Below, one piece after another: positions 8,919-17,794 of a stretch of DNA of 24,215 bases. The notes under the pieces are model-generated. The model was given only the letters and a program-made list of their open reading frames with translations. It had not been told where the DNA came from and did not search any database. Within the stretch, counting starts at the first letter, position 1. Every line of letters begins with the position of its first letter. The DNA comes from Deltaproteobacteria bacterium. Its GTDB lineage: Bacteria; Desulfobacterota; Binatia; UBA12015. A program made the position numbers and the translations under genes. The DNA lies in NCBI GenBank assembly GCA_046583355.1, contig JAYGCM010000030.1, positions 1 through 24,215 on the forward strand. The letters run 5' to 3'.

Positions 8919-9280
8919 TGCAGTCAGAGGGGGCTATAAGCCGGATTCTGTCCCCACCGAAATGGGCGATGATCATTCGTCTAGGCGCGCCGTTGCCGAC
9001 GCGCTCATGCGGCCTTACCTGAGGTATGAGCGGGCAGCTCCCTCATGTTGACCTTGCACTGGACGGGGTTTACCAAGCGCCGCGGCTCTCGCGCGCGGCC
9101 GGTGGGCTCTTACCCCACCTTTTCAACCTGACCGCCGCCGAAGCGATGGCCGTCTTGTTTTCTGTGGCACTTTCCCCCGGTCGCCCGAGGCCGCCGTTAA
9201 CGGCCGTCCTGCCCTATAGTGTCCGGACTTTCCTACCCGAAGCGAACCACGGATCGATCACCCGCCCCACTCCGACTGCA
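8919..9280 (-). ncRNA. rnpB: RNase P RNA, bacterial type A
   Basis: Minus strand has AGGAAAGTCCGG...AAGTGCCACAGAAA...GGTAAACCCC...ACAGAATCCGGCTTA. P1 pairs TGCAGTCGGAG with CTCTGACTGCA. Confidence 0.96.
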
Positions 9281-9286
9281 AGGCGC

Positions 9287-9315
9287 AGCGTGGCCCAAGC
9301 GAGCGTGAAATACAA
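9287..9315 (-). promoter_or_regulatory. Putative sigma70-type promoter of rnpB
   Basis: TTGTAT-17 bp-CACGCT, ending 6 nt before the predicted 5' end of rnpB. Confidence 0.45.
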
Positions 9316-9361
9316 GACCCGGCGGCCAGAAGCGACGCCCGAAGCCAGGCTGATAATTCGG

Positions 9362-10096
9362 CTAGGCTTCTTCGCGGTCGGCTTCGGTCTCTTCTTGCCA
9401 GAAGAGGATGCGCTGGCAATCCGGGCAGCTATGCACCGCGTCGCAGCGCAGGATCTCATTGTAGAGCTGCGGCGGGATGCGCATTTTGCAGCCCGTGCAA
9501 TTGCCGTTGCGGGCACGAACGACAGCCAGGCCCTCGCGGCGCGTGAAGATCCGCTCGTAGCGGCGGCGCAAGGAATCGGGCAGCAGAGCGGCGATGCGCT
9601 CGCGCTCAGCGGCTTCGGCCGTGATCTCTTTGTTCAGCTGGGCGGTGCGCGAGTTGGCGCTGGCCTGTTGCTTCTGCGCACCGGCATCGAGCTCCTTGAG
9701 CGCGCCTTCGGCCTCTTCCAGGCCGCCTTCGACGGTCTCGTCCTGCTCCATCATGCCGAGGAGTTCGTCCTCGTGGCGCGATTTGGACTCACGTAAGGTT
9801 TCGATCTCGCCCTGGGCGGCCTCAAGCTCGCGCTCGTTGCGGATGCGGTCGAGGCGCATACGCTTGTCCATGACGCGGCGCTCCTCTTCCTGCAGGAGAG
9901 CCTCCAACTCGCGGCGACGGATGCTTGCCAAGCTGGCGCTTTCGCGTGCAGCACCGACCTCGGCGCGTTTCAGCTCCAAATCAGCGAGAGTCTCCGCGGT
10001 GCTGGCCTGGAGATCTTCAATCTCCAGCAGACGCTCGCGACGGCGTTGGTCGATGGCCTGAAGGGCCGCGAGTGTTTCGATAGAATTATCGTTCAA
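9362..10096 (-). CDS. C4-type zinc ribbon domain coiled-coil protein (CT398/HP0958-like)
   Basis: L..LQAID start, long coiled coil, CTGCKMRIPPQ...CPDCQRIL. TTG start at 10096 with AGGAG SD. Confidence 0.9.
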   Translation of the reverse strand: MNDNSIETLAALQAIDQRRRERLLEIEDLQASTAETLADLELKRAEVGAARESASLASIRRRELEALLQEEERRVMDKRMRLDRIRNERELEAAQGEIETLRESKSRHEDELLGMMEQDETVEGGLEEAEGALKELDAGAQKQQASANSRTAQLNKEITAEAAERERIAALLPDSLRRRYERIFTRREGLAVVRARNGNCTGCKMRIPPQLYNEILRCDAVHSCPDCQRILFWQEETEADREEA

Positions 10097-10131
10097 ACCA
10101 ACTCCTGTAATGCGCTTGCGGGACGGGGAAA

Positions 10132-10159
10132 AACCTACCACCCGAAAGGCCGGGCGCAA
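10132..10159 (-). promoter_or_regulatory. Putative promoter of zinc-ribbon gene
   Basis: Minus strand TTGCGC-16 bp-TAGGTT with a TG extended -10 (TGGTAGGTT). Confidence 0.35.
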
Positions 10160-10182
10160 GTTTGGCCGTTCCCCGAAAGGCG

Positions 10183-10218
10183 GCAGCAGGCATCTGGTAT
10201 CGTCCAGATGCCTGCTGC
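10183..10218. repeat. Perfect 15-bp inverted repeat just 3' of tRNA(CAU)
   Basis: GCAGCAGGCATCTGG-tatcgt-CCAGATGCCTGCTGC. Confidence 0.9.
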
Positions 10219-10223
10219 AAAGA

Positions 10224-10297
10224 TGGGCCCGCCAGGGCTCGAACCTGGGACCGATCGGTTATGAGCCGACTGCTCTAACCAACTGAGCTACGGGCCC
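10224..10297 (-). tRNA. tRNA with CAU anticodon, most likely tRNA-Ile2 (lysidine type); CCA not encoded
   Basis: GGGCCCGTAGCTCAGTTGGTTAGAGCAGTCGGCTCATAACCGATCGGTCCCAGGTTCGAGCCCTGGCGGGCCCA forms a cloverleaf. Paired 1-72 and no GGG/CCC anticodon stem, so not initiator. Resembles ileX-type tRNAs. Confidence 0.92.
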
Positions 10298-10312
10298 CCA
10301 TCTCTTTTCCCC

Positions 10313-12097
10313 TCACCTCTTCGTTCCAAGCGCTCGTGCATTGCGCAAGGCCTCGAGCGCAGCCACCACCCCAGCCTGGTCGCCGCGCGTCTCGGCGGCG
10401 CGCAATTGCGCGATCAATTCGCGCCGATCCAGCTTCGCGGCGGTAGCGGCATGGCCGGCAAACCAGGCATCGACTTCGACACGCATCGCCGTCTCGTCGG
10501 GCGCAGCAGCCAGCCGTCGGTGTACCCGCTCCGCCATGCCATGCGGCAACTCGGCAAAGAACTCGGCCTCGACAAAACGTTCGCTCGACTGGCGCCGCTC
10601 GACAATGCGCTCGAGCAAGGCCGCGAGGCCGGCATTCTGGAAGCCCTGCCAGGCACGGGTCGCCTCCGCGCGCACCGCAGCATCCGCGTCGCAAAGGACC
10701 AATTCGATGATTTCGGCTTCCGAAGAATATCCGCGCGGCGCCGCGGGCCTCTGCGGCACGGTCTGCGCGTCTTGCGAAGGGGTCGGCCGGGCGCTGCTAT
10801 CGCGTTTCTTCTGCCAGACGTTGCGCGCCGCAGCGATCAGAGCCTCCTCGGAGATGCCGAGCCTACCCGAGGCGCCGCGGACCAATTTATCGCGCACGAT
10901 CGGATCGGTCACGCCGGCCAGAACCTCGGCCATCTGCGTGGCGGCGCGCGCCGTGGCGGCCATCCGATTGTCGGCCCCCGAGACGTCTTCACCGACGAGA
11001 TCGTCGAGATAAAAATCAATCAGAGTGCCACTCGTGGCGATCAGCTTCTCCATCGCTTCGGTGCCGCCGCTGCGCACGAGGCTATCGGGGTCTTCGCCGT
11101 CGGGCAGAAAAACCACCTTGGGCCAGAGGTCGACCTCATCCACGCAGATCGGAAAGGCGCGCAGCGCAGCCCGCCTTCCGGCCAAATCACCGTCGAAACA
11201 AACTACGATCTCGTCGGCGAAGCGACGCGCCAGCCGCAACTGGTCGGTCGTGAGTGCCGTGCCGAGCACGCCTGCGGCGTTCTGCAGGCCCGCCTGCGAG
11301 AGCGCGATGGCGTCCATATAGCCCTCGACCAAAAGGATCTGCCCCTTCTCGCGCACGGAGGGACGCGCGGCATCGAGCCCATAAAGATGGCGCCCCTTAT
11401 GGTAGATCGGCGACTCCGGCGAGTTGATATATTTCGGGCCGGGGACATCACCCATCAAACGCCCGCCGAAGGCAATCACGCGGCCGCTGAGGTCGCGGAT
11501 GGGAAACATCAGGCGGTCGCGGAAGAGCGGGTAGAGGCCGCGGCCGTGGCGCGACTCACTCGCCAAGCCGAGCTTTTTCAGGTCCGCCTCGGCCACGCCG
11601 CGCCGCACCAGGGCGTCGGCCCAACCCTCGCCGGGGGCGTAGCCGAGCAGAAAGCGCTCGCTGGTCTCTTCATCAATCCCGCGCGCCTCGAGGTAGGCTC
11701 GCGTCGATGCGCCGCGTTGCTCGTCCTGAAGTGCGGCGCGGAAAAACTCGGCAACCATGGCGTTGACTTCGCCGAGCCGCGACATCCCTTCGTCGCGTCT
11801 ATGCTCGGGCACCTCCACCCCCACCCGCTTGCCCAGCGCACGCAGCGCCTCGGGGAAGGTCTGGCCGGTGACCTTCATCAGGAAGCTGAAGGCATCGCCG
11901 CCTTCCTGGCAGCCGAAGCAATGGAAGAATCCCTTGTCAGCGTCGACATGAAACGACGGCGATTTTTCCTGATGAAACGGGCAAAGCCCCGTCCAGCCAC
12001 GGCCGCTGCGCTTGAGCGAAACATGCTCGCCAATCAGATCCGCGAGGTCGAGCCTCTGCTTGATCTCATCAACAATCGGATCCCGTGCACCAGCCAT
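10313..12097 (-). CDS. dnaG: DNA primase
   Basis: CHC2 zinc finger CPFHQEKSPSF...CFGC, RLMFPI, FGGR, KYINSPES, VEGYMD and TOPRIM FDGDLAG. Start at MAGARD. Confidence 0.97.
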   Translation of the reverse strand: MAGARDPIVDEIKQRLDLADLIGEHVSLKRSGRGWTGLCPFHQEKSPSFHVDADKGFFHCFGCQEGGDAFSFLMKVTGQTFPEALRALGKRVGVEVPEHRRDEGMSRLGEVNAMVAEFFRAALQDEQRGASTRAYLEARGIDEETSERFLLGYAPGEGWADALVRRGVAEADLKKLGLASESRHGRGLYPLFRDRLMFPIRDLSGRVIAFGGRLMGDVPGPKYINSPESPIYHKGRHLYGLDAARPSVREKGQILLVEGYMDAIALSQAGLQNAAGVLGTALTTDQLRLARRFADEIVVCFDGDLAGRRAALRAFPICVDEVDLWPKVVFLPDGEDPDSLVRSGGTEAMEKLIATSGTLIDFYLDDLVGEDVSGADNRMAATARAATQMAEVLAGVTDPIVRDKLVRGASGRLGISEEALIAAARNVWQKKRDSSARPTPSQDAQTVPQRPAAPRGYSSEAEIIELVLCDADAAVRAEATRAWQGFQNAGLAALLERIVERRQSSERFVEAEFFAELPHGMAERVHRRLAAAPDETAMRVEVDAWFAGHAATAAKLDRRELIAQLRAAETRGDQAGVVAALEALRNARALGTKR

Positions 12098-12122
12098 ACT
12101 CAGCCTGCTTACTTCACAAAGC

Positions 12123-12154
12123 AAAAAAGGCCACCCCGGATGGGGTGGCCTTTT
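12123..12154 (-). terminator. Intrinsic terminator between rpsU and dnaG (potentially bidirectional)
   Basis: Minus strand AAAAGGCCACCCC-ATCC-GGGGTGGCCTTTTTT. Same position as the rpsU-dnaG terminator in the E. coli MMS operon. Confidence 0.9.
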
Positions 12155-12186
12155 CGGGGGAAGTGCATTCCCCTGGGTTTCGTCGC

Positions 12187-12384
12187 CTACATTGGCTTGC
12201 GCACAACGCGGCGCACAGCGCGCTTGCGCGCGGCGAGAGCCTTTTTTTTGCGTCGAACGCTCGGCTTCTCGTAATGCTCACGTTTGCGGAGCTCGCTGAG
12301 GATACCGGCCTTTTCACATTGTTTCTTGAAACGGCGGATGGCGCCCTCAATCGGCTCGCCTTCTTTGACTCGTACTCCTGGCAT
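12187..12384 (-). CDS. rpsU: 30S ribosomal protein S21
   Basis: [51 protein letters not shown]. Confidence 0.98.
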   Translation of the reverse strand: MPGVRVKEGEPIEGAIRRFKKQCEKAGILSELRKREHYEKPSVRRKKKALAARKRAVRRVVRKPM

Positions 12385-12449
12385 GTGAGAAAAATCACCT
12401 CCCCTCGAAAGGGTTGGACGAGGGACTTTCGGGATTGGGGCCCGAAATT

Positions 12450-13220
12450 TCAAGCCCGCCCGAGCAAAATAGCCCGAGCTTCCAACAACCGGGCGGGAAA
12501 GTCGCTGATAATTCCGTCGCAACCCAGCTCAGCCAGCTCCGCAATGCGCTCGGGGTCGTTCTCGGTCCAGGTATAGACGGCCAAATCGGCCGCATGCGCC
12601 GTCGCCACCAACTCGCCGGTGATATGGCCGGCGTAGGGGTGCAGGCTGCTTGCTCCGAGATAGCGGGCGATCTCGAAGGCGAGGCTATAATCTTCCTGAT
12701 TCCACAGAACGCCGATCGGTGCCTCCGGCGCTACCTCGCGAAGTTCGTTCAGCACCTCGGGGTTGAAGGAGGAAAAAAGCACCTTTCCCATCGCATCGCG
12801 CTGGCGCACGGCAGCGACGGCCGCCATCGCCAGCCGGCGTCCCTCCTCGGCCGGCCCCTTGCATTTGAGCTCGAGGTTCAGCGTCGCCGCCGGCAGCACT
12901 TGGTCCAGCGTCTCGTCGAGGGTGGGCACGCGCTCCCCGGCAAAGGCCGCGTCCTTCCACGCGCCGGCATCAAACGAGCGCAAGACTGCGGCATCGAGTT
13001 CCTGGACGGCGCCCTCCCCGCTGGTCGTGCGATCGGCTGTCCAATCGTGGAGGATCACGACATGGCCGTCGGCCGTGAGTTGCAGATCGCATTCGATCAT
13101 ATCAACCGAGAGCTCCAAGGCGCGGGCAAAGGAGGCGTGAGTGTTCTCGGGAGCATCCGCAGCCGCGCCGCGATGCCCGATGCGAAGAAAATCGGCAGCC
13201 TTGCCGGCAGAACGAACCAT
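12450..13220 (-). CDS. Glycerophosphodiester phosphodiesterase family protein (UgpQ-like)
   Basis: [40 protein letters not shown] and [10 protein letters not shown]. Confidence 0.92.
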   Translation of the reverse strand: MVRSAGKAADFLRIGHRGAAADAPENTHASFARALELSVDMIECDLQLTADGHVVILHDWTADRTTSGEGAVQELDAAVLRSFDAGAWKDAAFAGERVPTLDETLDQVLPAATLNLELKCKGPAEEGRRLAMAAVAAVRQRDAMGKVLFSSFNPEVLNELREVAPEAPIGVLWNQEDYSLAFEIARYLGASSLHPYAGHITGELVATAHAADLAVYTWTENDPERIAELAELGCDGIISDFPARLLEARAILLGRA

Positions 13221-13354
13221 GCCGCGAGCTACCACCTGCCGGCGAGGTCGCCAAGGCCACGGTGCCGCTGCCCTGGCGTGGAGGTGCGGATAATGCATTT
13301 CCCGGCGGCACCTCGGCTTTGCACTTCACGACCGGATCCGTAGCCTCGCGCGTG

Positions 13355-14302
13355 ATGGCCGAGCGAAAAGGCAAGACGAAGAAAAAGGCACCCTCGGGGG
13401 CCAAATGGACGCATGCGCGGATTCCCATCCCGGCGGTGGCCGAGGAGGCGGTGGCGGCGCTTTGCCTGGAGCTGGGCGCACCCGGCGTGCAGACCGGAGA
13501 GCGGGATCTGCGACGCAAGGAGGCCCCCACGGCCTGGCCGACGCGCATCCGCATCGAAGCCTGGTTTCCGCCCGCGGTACCGCGCGCACAGCTCAAGCGC
13601 GCCCTGGTCAGCGGCTTGAAGCGCATTCACGACTCCTTTCCCGGCGTCTCGCCCGAGCGTGTAGAACTCGTCCCCTTTGAGGTCGGCGACTACGGCGAGA
13701 GCTGGCGCGAGAATTTCCCGCCCCTACGCATCGGCCGCAGCTTCCTCGTCACGCCCTCCTGGCATCAGGTCGACGCCGGCCGACGCCACCGCATTGAAAT
13801 CGACCCCGGCCAAGCCTTCGGCACGGGCCACCATTCGACCACTCGCGGCTGTCTGCTGGCAATCGAGGAAGAATGCAGCCGCCACACCGTCAAGAGCGGA
13901 CTCGATATCGGCACCGGCTCCGGCGTATTAGCCATCGCCCTGCGCCGCCTCGGCGTGCCGCGGGTCGTCGCCATCGACAACGACCCGCTGGCGGTGGCCG
14001 CAACCGAGGCCGCCGTAGAGGCCAATGATTGCGCGCCCATCCGCATCGGTGCAAAGTTCAGCGACGCCCGCGGCCACTACGACCTGGTCGTGGCCAATCT
14101 CTATTCCGGCCTGCACGTGAAACTCGCGAAAAATATCGCGGCCCGCGTGGCGCCGGGCGGCAGCCTGATCATCTCCGGCCTACTCGAACGCCAGGAAGAT
14201 GAAGTCCGCAAAGCCCTACGCGCCCAAGGCATGCGCCTGCGCCGCCGCCGCGCCATCGCGACCTGGGTCACGCTTACGCTCGGCCGGACAAAGCCCGGCT
14301 GA
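13355..14302 (+). CDS. prmA: 50S ribosomal protein L11 methyltransferase
   Basis: IEIDPGQAFGTGHHSTT, LDIGTGSGVLAI, IDND, VVANL and LIISGLL. Start at MAERK. Confidence 0.88.
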   Translation: MAERKGKTKKKAPSGAKWTHARIPIPAVAEEAVAALCLELGAPGVQTGERDLRRKEAPTAWPTRIRIEAWFPPAVPRAQLKRALVSGLKRIHDSFPGVSPERVELVPFEVGDYGESWRENFPPLRIGRSFLVTPSWHQVDAGRRHRIEIDPGQAFGTGHHSTTRGCLLAIEEECSRHTVKSGLDIGTGSGVLAIALRRLGVPRVVAIDNDPLAVAATEAAVEANDCAPIRIGAKFSDARGHYDLVVANLYSGLHVKLAKNIAARVAPGGSLIISGLLERQEDEVRKALRAQGMRLRRRRAIATWVTLTLGRTKPG

Positions 14303-14334
14303 ACTCGAGTGCGCCCAGGCAGGCCGCCCGCCCT

Positions 14335-15168
14335 TTATTTGCCGGTGAGCCAGGTGGCAGGGTCGGCTCCGGCCGGAAAAAGACGCTCCTGCCAACGCTG
14401 CATGCCCTGAATCCAGCGGTCGACGTCGGCACCCTTCTGCTTGACGTATTCGCGAACTTCCGCGTGCGGTAGAACATGGAACCGCTCTTCGCGCAGCGCC
14501 TCCATAACGACGTCGGCCACCTCGCCGGGTTGCATCACGCCATCGGCGCTCGCGACATCGGCACCGCCGCCTTCCATGATCGCCCGATCCGGGCTATTGG
14601 GCACAATATTGGTCGCGACGGCCTGCGGGCAAAGCACCGAAACCTTGATGCCCTGGTGACCATGCGTAATCGCGATCCACTCGGCCAGTGCAATGGCTGC
14701 GTGTTTGGTCAGAGCATAATGCAGCGAGCCGAATTGCGAGAGCAACCCGGCCGCCGAGGCCGTATTCAGCAAATAGCCGTGGCCACGTTCGGCCATTCCC
14801 GGAATCACTGCCCGCGCCGCATAGAGATGCGCCAGCACATGGACGCCGAACATTTTCTGCAAATCCTCGACCGGCGCCTCAAGACCGCCGATAGTGACAA
14901 AGCCGGCGTTCGAGACGAAGAGATCGATCGGACCTTGGTCGCGCTCGGTCGTCGCCACCAGATCGCGGATGCCCTCTTCGTTCGCCACATCGACCTTGAC
15001 GCCAGTGCCACCGACCAGCCCGGCGACCTCAGCCGCCGCCGCGCCGTCAAGGTCGGCCACCACAATATGCTGGGCGCCTTCGGCATGAAAGCGTTCCACC
15101 AAGCTACGGCCGATGCCGCTGCCTCCCCCGGTCACGACTACGATCTTGTTGGCGATTTCCATGCGCAC
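14335..15168 (-). CDS. Short-chain dehydrogenase/reductase
   Basis: VVTGGGSGIG, SNAG, TASAAG and YALTK (YxxxK). Start 15168 or 15162. Confidence 0.92.
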   Translation of the reverse strand: MRMEIANKIVVVTGGGSGIGRSLVERFHAEGAQHIVVADLDGAAAAEVAGLVGGTGVKVDVANEEGIRDLVATTERDQGPIDLFVSNAGFVTIGGLEAPVEDLQKMFGVHVLAHLYAARAVIPGMAERGHGYLLNTASAAGLLSQFGSLHYALTKHAAIALAEWIAITHGHQGIKVSVLCPQAVATNIVPNSPDRAIMEGGGADVASADGVMQPGEVADVVMEALREERFHVLPHAEVREYVKQKGADVDRWIQGMQRWQERLFPAGADPATWLTGK

Positions 15169-15280
15169 CAGTCTACATAAGCGATGCCTACCGCGCCCGC
15201 GTGATCATAGAGACGTCCGGCCCCAAAGGCAGGCGGCATTCGAGCGCCATTTACCGCCGCTGGATCTCTAGAGGCGTATT

Positions 15281-15994
15281 ATGCAAAACCGAGGCATGAG
15301 CATCCCGCGCCTCTTCGCGTCGCGCGATCCGGACGACGCCACGAGCGCTCGTCTGGATCACGAGGCGACCCGACACCTGCGGGCCCGGCGCCTCGGCGTC
15401 GGCGACACGCTCGAAGCGATCCTCGGTCCCGGCGAAGCCTTCCATGCCACGGTAGAAAGTGTGGCGTCCAAAGGCGCCCGCTTGCAGCTCGGCCGGCGCC
15501 TTGCCCCGAGCGCCGCCGACCCGACACACGCCCGAGTGCTACTCCTCGCGCTGGCCGAGCCCTCGCGCCTGGAGTTTGTGGTCGAGAAGGCCACCGAGCT
15601 CGGCGTCACCGAAATCGTCTTCTTCCGCGGCGCACGTAGCCAAGCCGCTCAGCTCCCCTCGTCTCGCCTGGAACGCTTCGCCCGCATCGCCCGCAGCGCG
15701 TGCCAACAATGCGGCCGCACCGTGCCGCCAGCCCTGCACCAGATCGCCGACCTGAACGCGGCCTTGACGGAGCTGCCGGCCGCCATGCCCCTGCTCGCTT
15801 TCGCACCCACCGCCGCGAGCCGCGGACCACTCTCCCCACAAGAAGATATGGCGCTGGTCATCGGGCCCGAGGGCGGCCTCACGCCGGAGGAATTGCAGGC
15901 CCTCAGCGAGCGCGGTGCCGAGATGCTCTCGCTCGGCCCGCGCATCCTGCGCTTGGAGACTGCGGCGCTCGCCGCGCTCGCGCGCCTGGGCTGA
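15281..15994 (+). CDS. rsmE: 16S rRNA m3U1498 methyltransferase
   Basis: VEKATELGV, ACQQCGR, VIGPEGG and LGPRILRLETA. Confidence 0.93.
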   Translation: MQNRGMSIPRLFASRDPDDATSARLDHEATRHLRARRLGVGDTLEAILGPGEAFHATVESVASKGARLQLGRRLAPSAADPTHARVLLLALAEPSRLEFVVEKATELGVTEIVFFRGARSQAAQLPSSRLERFARIARSACQQCGRTVPPALHQIADLNAALTELPAAMPLLAFAPTAASRGPLSPQEDMALVIGPEGGLTPEELQALSERGAEMLSLGPRILRLETAALAALARLG

Positions 15995-16092
15995 ACGACC
16001 GCGATTTCGAAGACCATTTCGATGCTGCGCGGGAGCTTGTGGAACGCCGCCGCCGCAAGTTAGCAACTCTCAGAACCGAGGAGGAGTTTACA

Positions 16093-16635
16093 ATGCAGCT
16101 ACGCTGGTCCCACGCCGTCGTCGTCGTTCGCGATATGGAAAAGATGCTCGATTTCTACACCAAGGTGCTCGGATTCGAGATCACCGACCGCGGCCCCCTG
16201 CCCGGTTCGGATAAGGCAGAGATCGTCTTCCTCAGTCAGGTTCCCACCGAGCACCACCAGATCGCCTTCCGGAGCGGCGAGCGCGACGAGAGCCCGCCGA
16301 ATTCGGTCGACCATTTCGCCTTCCGTGTCGACTCGCTCGACGACGTAAAACGCATGGACGAGAAACTCGCCGCAAGCGGATTGGCCGAAGAGCGCCTCCC
16401 TCTCACGCACGGCAATGCCTGGTCGATTTATTTCGCCGACCCCGAAGGCAACGGCCTGGAAATCTTCTGCGATACGCCCTGGCATGTGCAGCAGCCGCAG
16501 GCCCAGCTCTGGTCGGTAGACAAAACCAACGACGAGATCCTCATGGAAACTCGCAGCGCCTTCGAGAAGGATCCCGCTTTTTCCCCGATCAACGATTTCT
16601 ATCGCGCACGCGCCGAGAAAATGAAAGACAATTAG
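16093..16635 (+). CDS. VOC (glyoxalase/extradiol dioxygenase) family protein
   Basis: HAVVVVRDMEKMLDFYTKVLGF, HHQIAF, DHFAF and HGNAWSIYFADPEGNGLEIF. GAGGAG SD before ATG 16093. Confidence 0.9.
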   Translation: MQLRWSHAVVVVRDMEKMLDFYTKVLGFEITDRGPLPGSDKAEIVFLSQVPTEHHQIAFRSGERDESPPNSVDHFAFRVDSLDDVKRMDEKLAASGLAEERLPLTHGNAWSIYFADPEGNGLEIFCDTPWHVQQPQAQLWSVDKTNDEILMETRSAFEKDPAFSPINDFYRARAEKMKDN

Positions 16636-16640
16636 AAAAT

Positions 16641-17774
16641 ATGTACGATTCACTTGAGATCCGCTCGAAAATCACCCACGACGGCACACTCGAGCTCTCG
16701 CTTGAGCCTACCGAGATCCCAGCGCCCGAGGCCGAAGAGGTCATCGTGCGGATCGACGCCGCGCCGCTGAACCCCTCGGACCTCGGCCTGCTCTTCGGAC
16801 CCGCCGATATGACAACCGCAAAGATCTCCGGCACCGCTGCGGCGCCACGCGTCCTGGCCGATGTGCCGAGCGCGGCGATGGCGATGGTGGCCGCACGCGT
16901 CGACCAATCGCTGCCGGTCGGCAACGAGGGAGCAGGCGTGGTTGTTGCGGCCGGCACAGGCGAGGCCGCCCAGGCCCTGCTCGGCCGCACGGTCGGCGTG
17001 ATCGGCGGCGGCATGTACGCGCAATACCGCCGCCTCCACCCCGGCTTTTGCCTGCCCCTACCGGACGGCACCACCGCAGCCGAGGGCGCCTCCTGTTTCG
17101 TCAATCCTCTCACCGCACTCGGCATGGTCGAGACGATGCGCCGCGAAGGCCATACGGCGCTCGTCCATACAGCCGCGGCCTCCAACCTCGGGCAGATGCT
17201 GGGCCGTCTCTGCCGCAAGGAAGGTGTCGCGTTGGTGAATATCGTCCGGCGGGCGGAGCAAGCAGATCTGCTGCGCAAGGCTGGTGCCGAATTTATCTGC
17301 GACTCCTCAGTACCCTCCTTCATGGACGACCTCACCGACGCGCTGGCGACCACCGGGGCAACCCTGGCCTTCGATGCCACCGGAGGCGGCGAACTGGCCG
17401 GGCGTATCCTCACCTGCATGGAGCGCGCCGCCGTACGCAGCGCCGCCGAATACAGCCGCTATGGCTCGGATACCCACAAGCAGGTCTATATCTACGGGGG
17501 CCTCGACCGCTCCCCGACGATCCTGCAACGCAACTTCGGTATGGCTTGGGGAATCGGCGGCTGGCTGCTGACGCCCTTCCTGGCCGGGATCGGCCACGCC
17601 GCGGGCCAGACATTGCGTGACCGGGTCGGCGCCGAGATCAAAACCACTTTCGCCAGCGGTTATGCCAAAGAAATCTCGCTTGCCGAGGCATTGCAACTCG
17701 ACACCATGGCCGCCTATGGCAAACAGGCGACGGGGGAAAAATACCAGATCCACCCCAACCTCGGCCTGGCCTGA
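16641..17774 (+). CDS. Medium-chain dehydrogenase/reductase (zinc-independent, 'NADH oxidase'-annotated type)
   Basis: APLNPSD, VGNEGAG, FVNPLTA, HTAAASNLG and FDATGGG. No catalytic Zn Cys/His set. Confidence 0.85.
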   Translation: MYDSLEIRSKITHDGTLELSLEPTEIPAPEAEEVIVRIDAAPLNPSDLGLLFGPADMTTAKISGTAAAPRVLADVPSAAMAMVAARVDQSLPVGNEGAGVVVAAGTGEAAQALLGRTVGVIGGGMYAQYRRLHPGFCLPLPDGTTAAEGASCFVNPLTALGMVETMRREGHTALVHTAAASNLGQMLGRLCRKEGVALVNIVRRAEQADLLRKAGAEFICDSSVPSFMDDLTDALATTGATLAFDATGGGELAGRILTCMERAAVRSAAEYSRYGSDTHKQVYIYGGLDRSPTILQRNFGMAWGIGGWLLTPFLAGIGHAAGQTLRDRVGAEIKTTFASGYAKEISLAEALQLDTMAAYGKQATGEKYQIHPNLGLA

Positions 17775-17794
17775 TCCACACCAGGCGAATGTAG

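Noticed and set aside
9026..9361. ORFs overlapping 8919-9280
   Set aside because: The region is fully explained by RNase P RNA.
10406..12274. 622-aa plus-strand ORF antisense to dnaG/rpsU (similarly 594-1886, 7317-8501, 20328-21461)
   Set aside because: Shadow ORFs expected from GC-rich codon usage. No recognisable motifs, and they overlap well-supported genes.
15700..16092. Apparent longer VOC ORF or rsmE-VOC frameshift fusion
   Set aside because: rsmE ends normally after its ETA motif, VOC has its own GAGGAG SD and ATG, and no slippery site is evident.
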